Part shown: positions 31,769-34,584 of the stretch, in pieces | Layout of the letters: every line of letters begins with the position of its first letter | Numbering within the stretch: the stretch's first letter is position 1 | Assembly: GCF_001194135.2 (NCBI RefSeq) | Contig: NC_068982.1 | Location: forward strand, 45,588,904-45,623,487 | Length of the DNA stretch: 34,584 nucleotides | Origin: Octopus bimaculoides | Lineage: Eukaryota | Reading direction: 5' to 3' | Program-made: the position numbers and the translations under genes | The notes under the pieces: model-generated | Told to the model about the DNA's origin: nothing | The model's input: the letters and a program-made list of their open reading frames with translations, nothing else | Database searches by the model: none

Positions 31769-31990
31769 CGCGTGTGTGTACATATTTGTGTGTCTGCGTT
31801 TGTCCCCCCAATATCGCTTGACAACCGATGCTGATGTTTACGTCCCCGTAACTTAGCGGTTCAGCAAAACAGACCGATAGAATAAGTACTAGGCTTACAA
31901 AGAATAAGTCCTAGGGTCGATTTGCTCGACTAAAGGCGGTGCTCCTGCATGGCCGCAGTCAAATGACTGAAACAAGTAAAAGAGTAAAGG
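31554..31990 (+). mobile_element. tRNA-derived SINE, family C (CORE-like), with an internal microsatellite; head partly in the gap
   Basis: B-box GGGTTCAGTCCC (31578-89) and CORE-like CCTTGGGCAAGT, followed by internal (TA)n(TG)n(CG)n at ~31689-31780 and a 3' part ending aaatgactgaaacaagtaaaagagtaaagg. Confidence 0.85.
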
Positions 31991-32287
31991 AGAAATAATA
32001 ATGATGGAATGTAATGAATTTAATGTATTTATTATTCAATATTTCGGCAATTATCTACTGTTCGAATGAAGCTGAAGCAATTATAGTATTATGCAATAAA
32101 GCGCGGTTGCTGAATCCATTCTGTCCGGTTAGCAATTTTTAAAAAATATTATTCTTCGGGTATTCATGGATTTTCAGATGTATTTTCATTAATACGATCG
32201 GTTTTCGTTCTGAAACTGCACCTCATAATCAATACTTGTGGATTAGCTTCAGAAAGCAAACTACAAGGTTCTTATCCAAATTGAATT

Positions 32288-32339
<52 letters not shown>

Positions 32340-32908
32340 TGTATGTCTGAATGTGTGTATGTGCGTGTGAGTGTCTGTTTACATAGATGCTTGCGTGAAA
32401 TCTCAATCAAATGAAATGGAATTACTTGGGATCAAACCTGGCAATATTTACACTTATAAGATTGCATATAGACTCGTGGATAAAGGAATAACAATTTAAA
32501 TCAAAAGGAGAAAATGAAATGAATTTACTATTTTCATTTAATTACAGAATGTATGTAAATCAATAAATACATATTCCACTTAATTTGGCAGTCATCTTTA
32601 ATGAAATACGCAAAAGGGAAGAAAAAAAAATATTAATATCGGAAGATGAACTCTCAAATAATTAACGTATTAACATACTTTGGCCGATCCCTGAGGCGTC
32701 AGGGAATATTTTGATATTTATCAGAAAAATTGGATGAATGACAGATTGTGTACGACGCCGAATGAAATGAAATTACTTTGATGTTGGTGTTAGTGCTGTG
32801 CTTTAGTGCCATATGAAACCTTATTGCACAGGACTATAATTGAAGACAGTCCAACCGTGACTATCCCATGTTATGTATCTAGGATTATATAATTTAATAG
32901 ATTATTCG

Positions 32909-32911
<3 letters not shown>

Positions 32912-32983
<72 letters not shown>
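32912..32983. repeat. (ATT)n microsatellite
   Basis: Direct reading; source of the poly-Y and poly-N ORFs. Confidence 0.98.
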
Positions 32984-32984
<1 letters not shown>

Positions 32985-34538
32985 TCTTTTTTTTAACAGC
33001 AGGATGCTGTTTGACTGAGATCCGAATGCAGGTGACTTTGTTACTGATTGAACGATTGCAGGGAAGTAGAGAGGCACCTTCGTCAGCTCGAAATAGTTTG
33101 TTATTAGTTTTGACTAATAACAAAGCTTAAAAGTCAATATATTTGACGTAGCCATGGATTATTGTGTGGTCAATGAAATAAGTACCAGTAGTATACTTCT
33201 GACCGACTTATAACCTTTCCTTAGAAGTATGTGCTGAAGTGAATAATTAATTTCCATTAGGAACACATTCTGGCCAAAACCAGTATATTTGCTGAAAATA
33301 TACAGGACACGGCTTATATATATTATGTGTTAATTTATTTATAGTTTGGTTATGTAAAAGTGCATCTCTTTGTCGAAATTATAAATTTAGAATATAATTT
33401 AACTTGTATGACTTATATGAATTGATTTTGCTTTATCTTCCTTTGGGAAAATTGTGTCAGGAAATCGCTTGAGCCACGTGACCGCTTTGACAGGAACTTC
33501 TTACTTCAGTTAATTTTTGATAGCTTTGTAAATGTTATGCTACTGAATGGTTTTATTTTCAGACAGTCGTTAATGTTTGAAATGCAACCGAAAGAAAGCT
33601 TCACAGAACCGAAGCGAAGAAAAATAGAGGGCCATGACTTTGAAGTCATATTTACTATGTATACAGTACGTCGGCTTTCACCTTGTCGCAGATCGTTAAA
33701 CACGACACAAAACGCAGACAGTTTTGCGGAGGTGATTTTCGCCAATATAAGAAATAAATCCGAAAAAGTCATTGGACCACACAAAGCGACATTGTTTTCG
33801 ATCACTCTGAAATATTAGGATTGATATTACTTTGAAAATCGAAGTCAATACCGGATATTTCCCCATGATAAAAATAACTTATTTATCAACTTGGTTTGAA
33901 TATGAACTTGATTCTTCAATATTTTTAGTCATTACTGTCCTTGCTTTTATATTTAGACTTCTAACTACAAATAGGTCCGTTGTGTCTAGTAATTCAATAT
34001 TTTTAATGCTCTTCTATTCTATACTCCCTATCAACTTTTCATGAACAAACAGAAGCAGAAAACGAATCACATAAGAGTTACAAAACGTGCTTGTTGTGCA
34101 TTTAAAACTAATCAAAATCAAGCAAAATTTTGAATTTATTTCCTCTATACTGTTATATAGGCCTGAAGCTTGTCTTTTCTGCCACAAGCATTTCTAACCA
34201 GCCGAGAATGAGTTAATAAAATACATTCACAGTGTTGGTTTTTGGGTTGTTATTTCTAGCAACAAGGTTACTAGAAATCGCAACTAAAACGTTCTCATCA
34301 ATATCCAACTTAAATAAAAAAAAAAACCTCATTTGATAATATAGTGCAAAATGCATTAAGCTTCAACGATTTGCACATAGTCTACTCCATCTGGGCTTAC
34401 GTCTGGCTAAGCAACAACAATATTACCGCGTAAGATAATTATCGAAACTGCTGGTATCGTCTAAGAGTGAAATTCAGAATATTGGAGCTTCAATCGCTGT
34501 CTTAAATTACAGACGACTGTTTACATAGGAAGAAGGAC

Positions 34539-34584
<46 letters not shown>

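Noticed and set aside
4031-31811. Long ORFs containing X runs (up to 357 aa)
   Set aside because: They span assembly N-gaps, so their length is an artefact.
32688-32705. Hairpin TCCCTGA-GGCG-TCAGGGA
   Set aside because: It is a single 7-bp stem with no supporting context.

Overview
AT-rich, microsatellite-dense animal genomic DNA from a gapped assembly (12 N-gaps, about 3.6 kb in total). The SINE families recalled from memory suggest an octopus or other cephalopod; this is inference, not a database hit. No intact protein-coding gene is recognisable, and most of the supplied ORFs are artefacts of simple repeats or N-runs. The window is a retroelement graveyard. It holds (1) three co-oriented R4/Dong-like RLE non-LTR fragments stacked in (TAA)n arrays at 1.1-4.1 kb; (2) a Penelope-like element with a GIY-YIG endonuclease fragment and, just downstream, a nearly canonical type I hammerhead ribozyme (10133-10218, minus strand), which is the best finding; (3) several more degenerate hammerhead-like relics, one sitting behind a complete CCAAT/E-box/TATA/Inr promoter cassette; (4) an L1/Tx1-like 3' end joined head-to-tail to a hairpin-rich 5' UTR/ORF1 start, next to a ~500 bp foldback inverted repeat; (5) a decayed Tc1/mariner transposase; and (6) about a dozen tRNA-derived SINE copies from three families. 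A few minus-strand exon-like segments are weak candidates for a host transcript.
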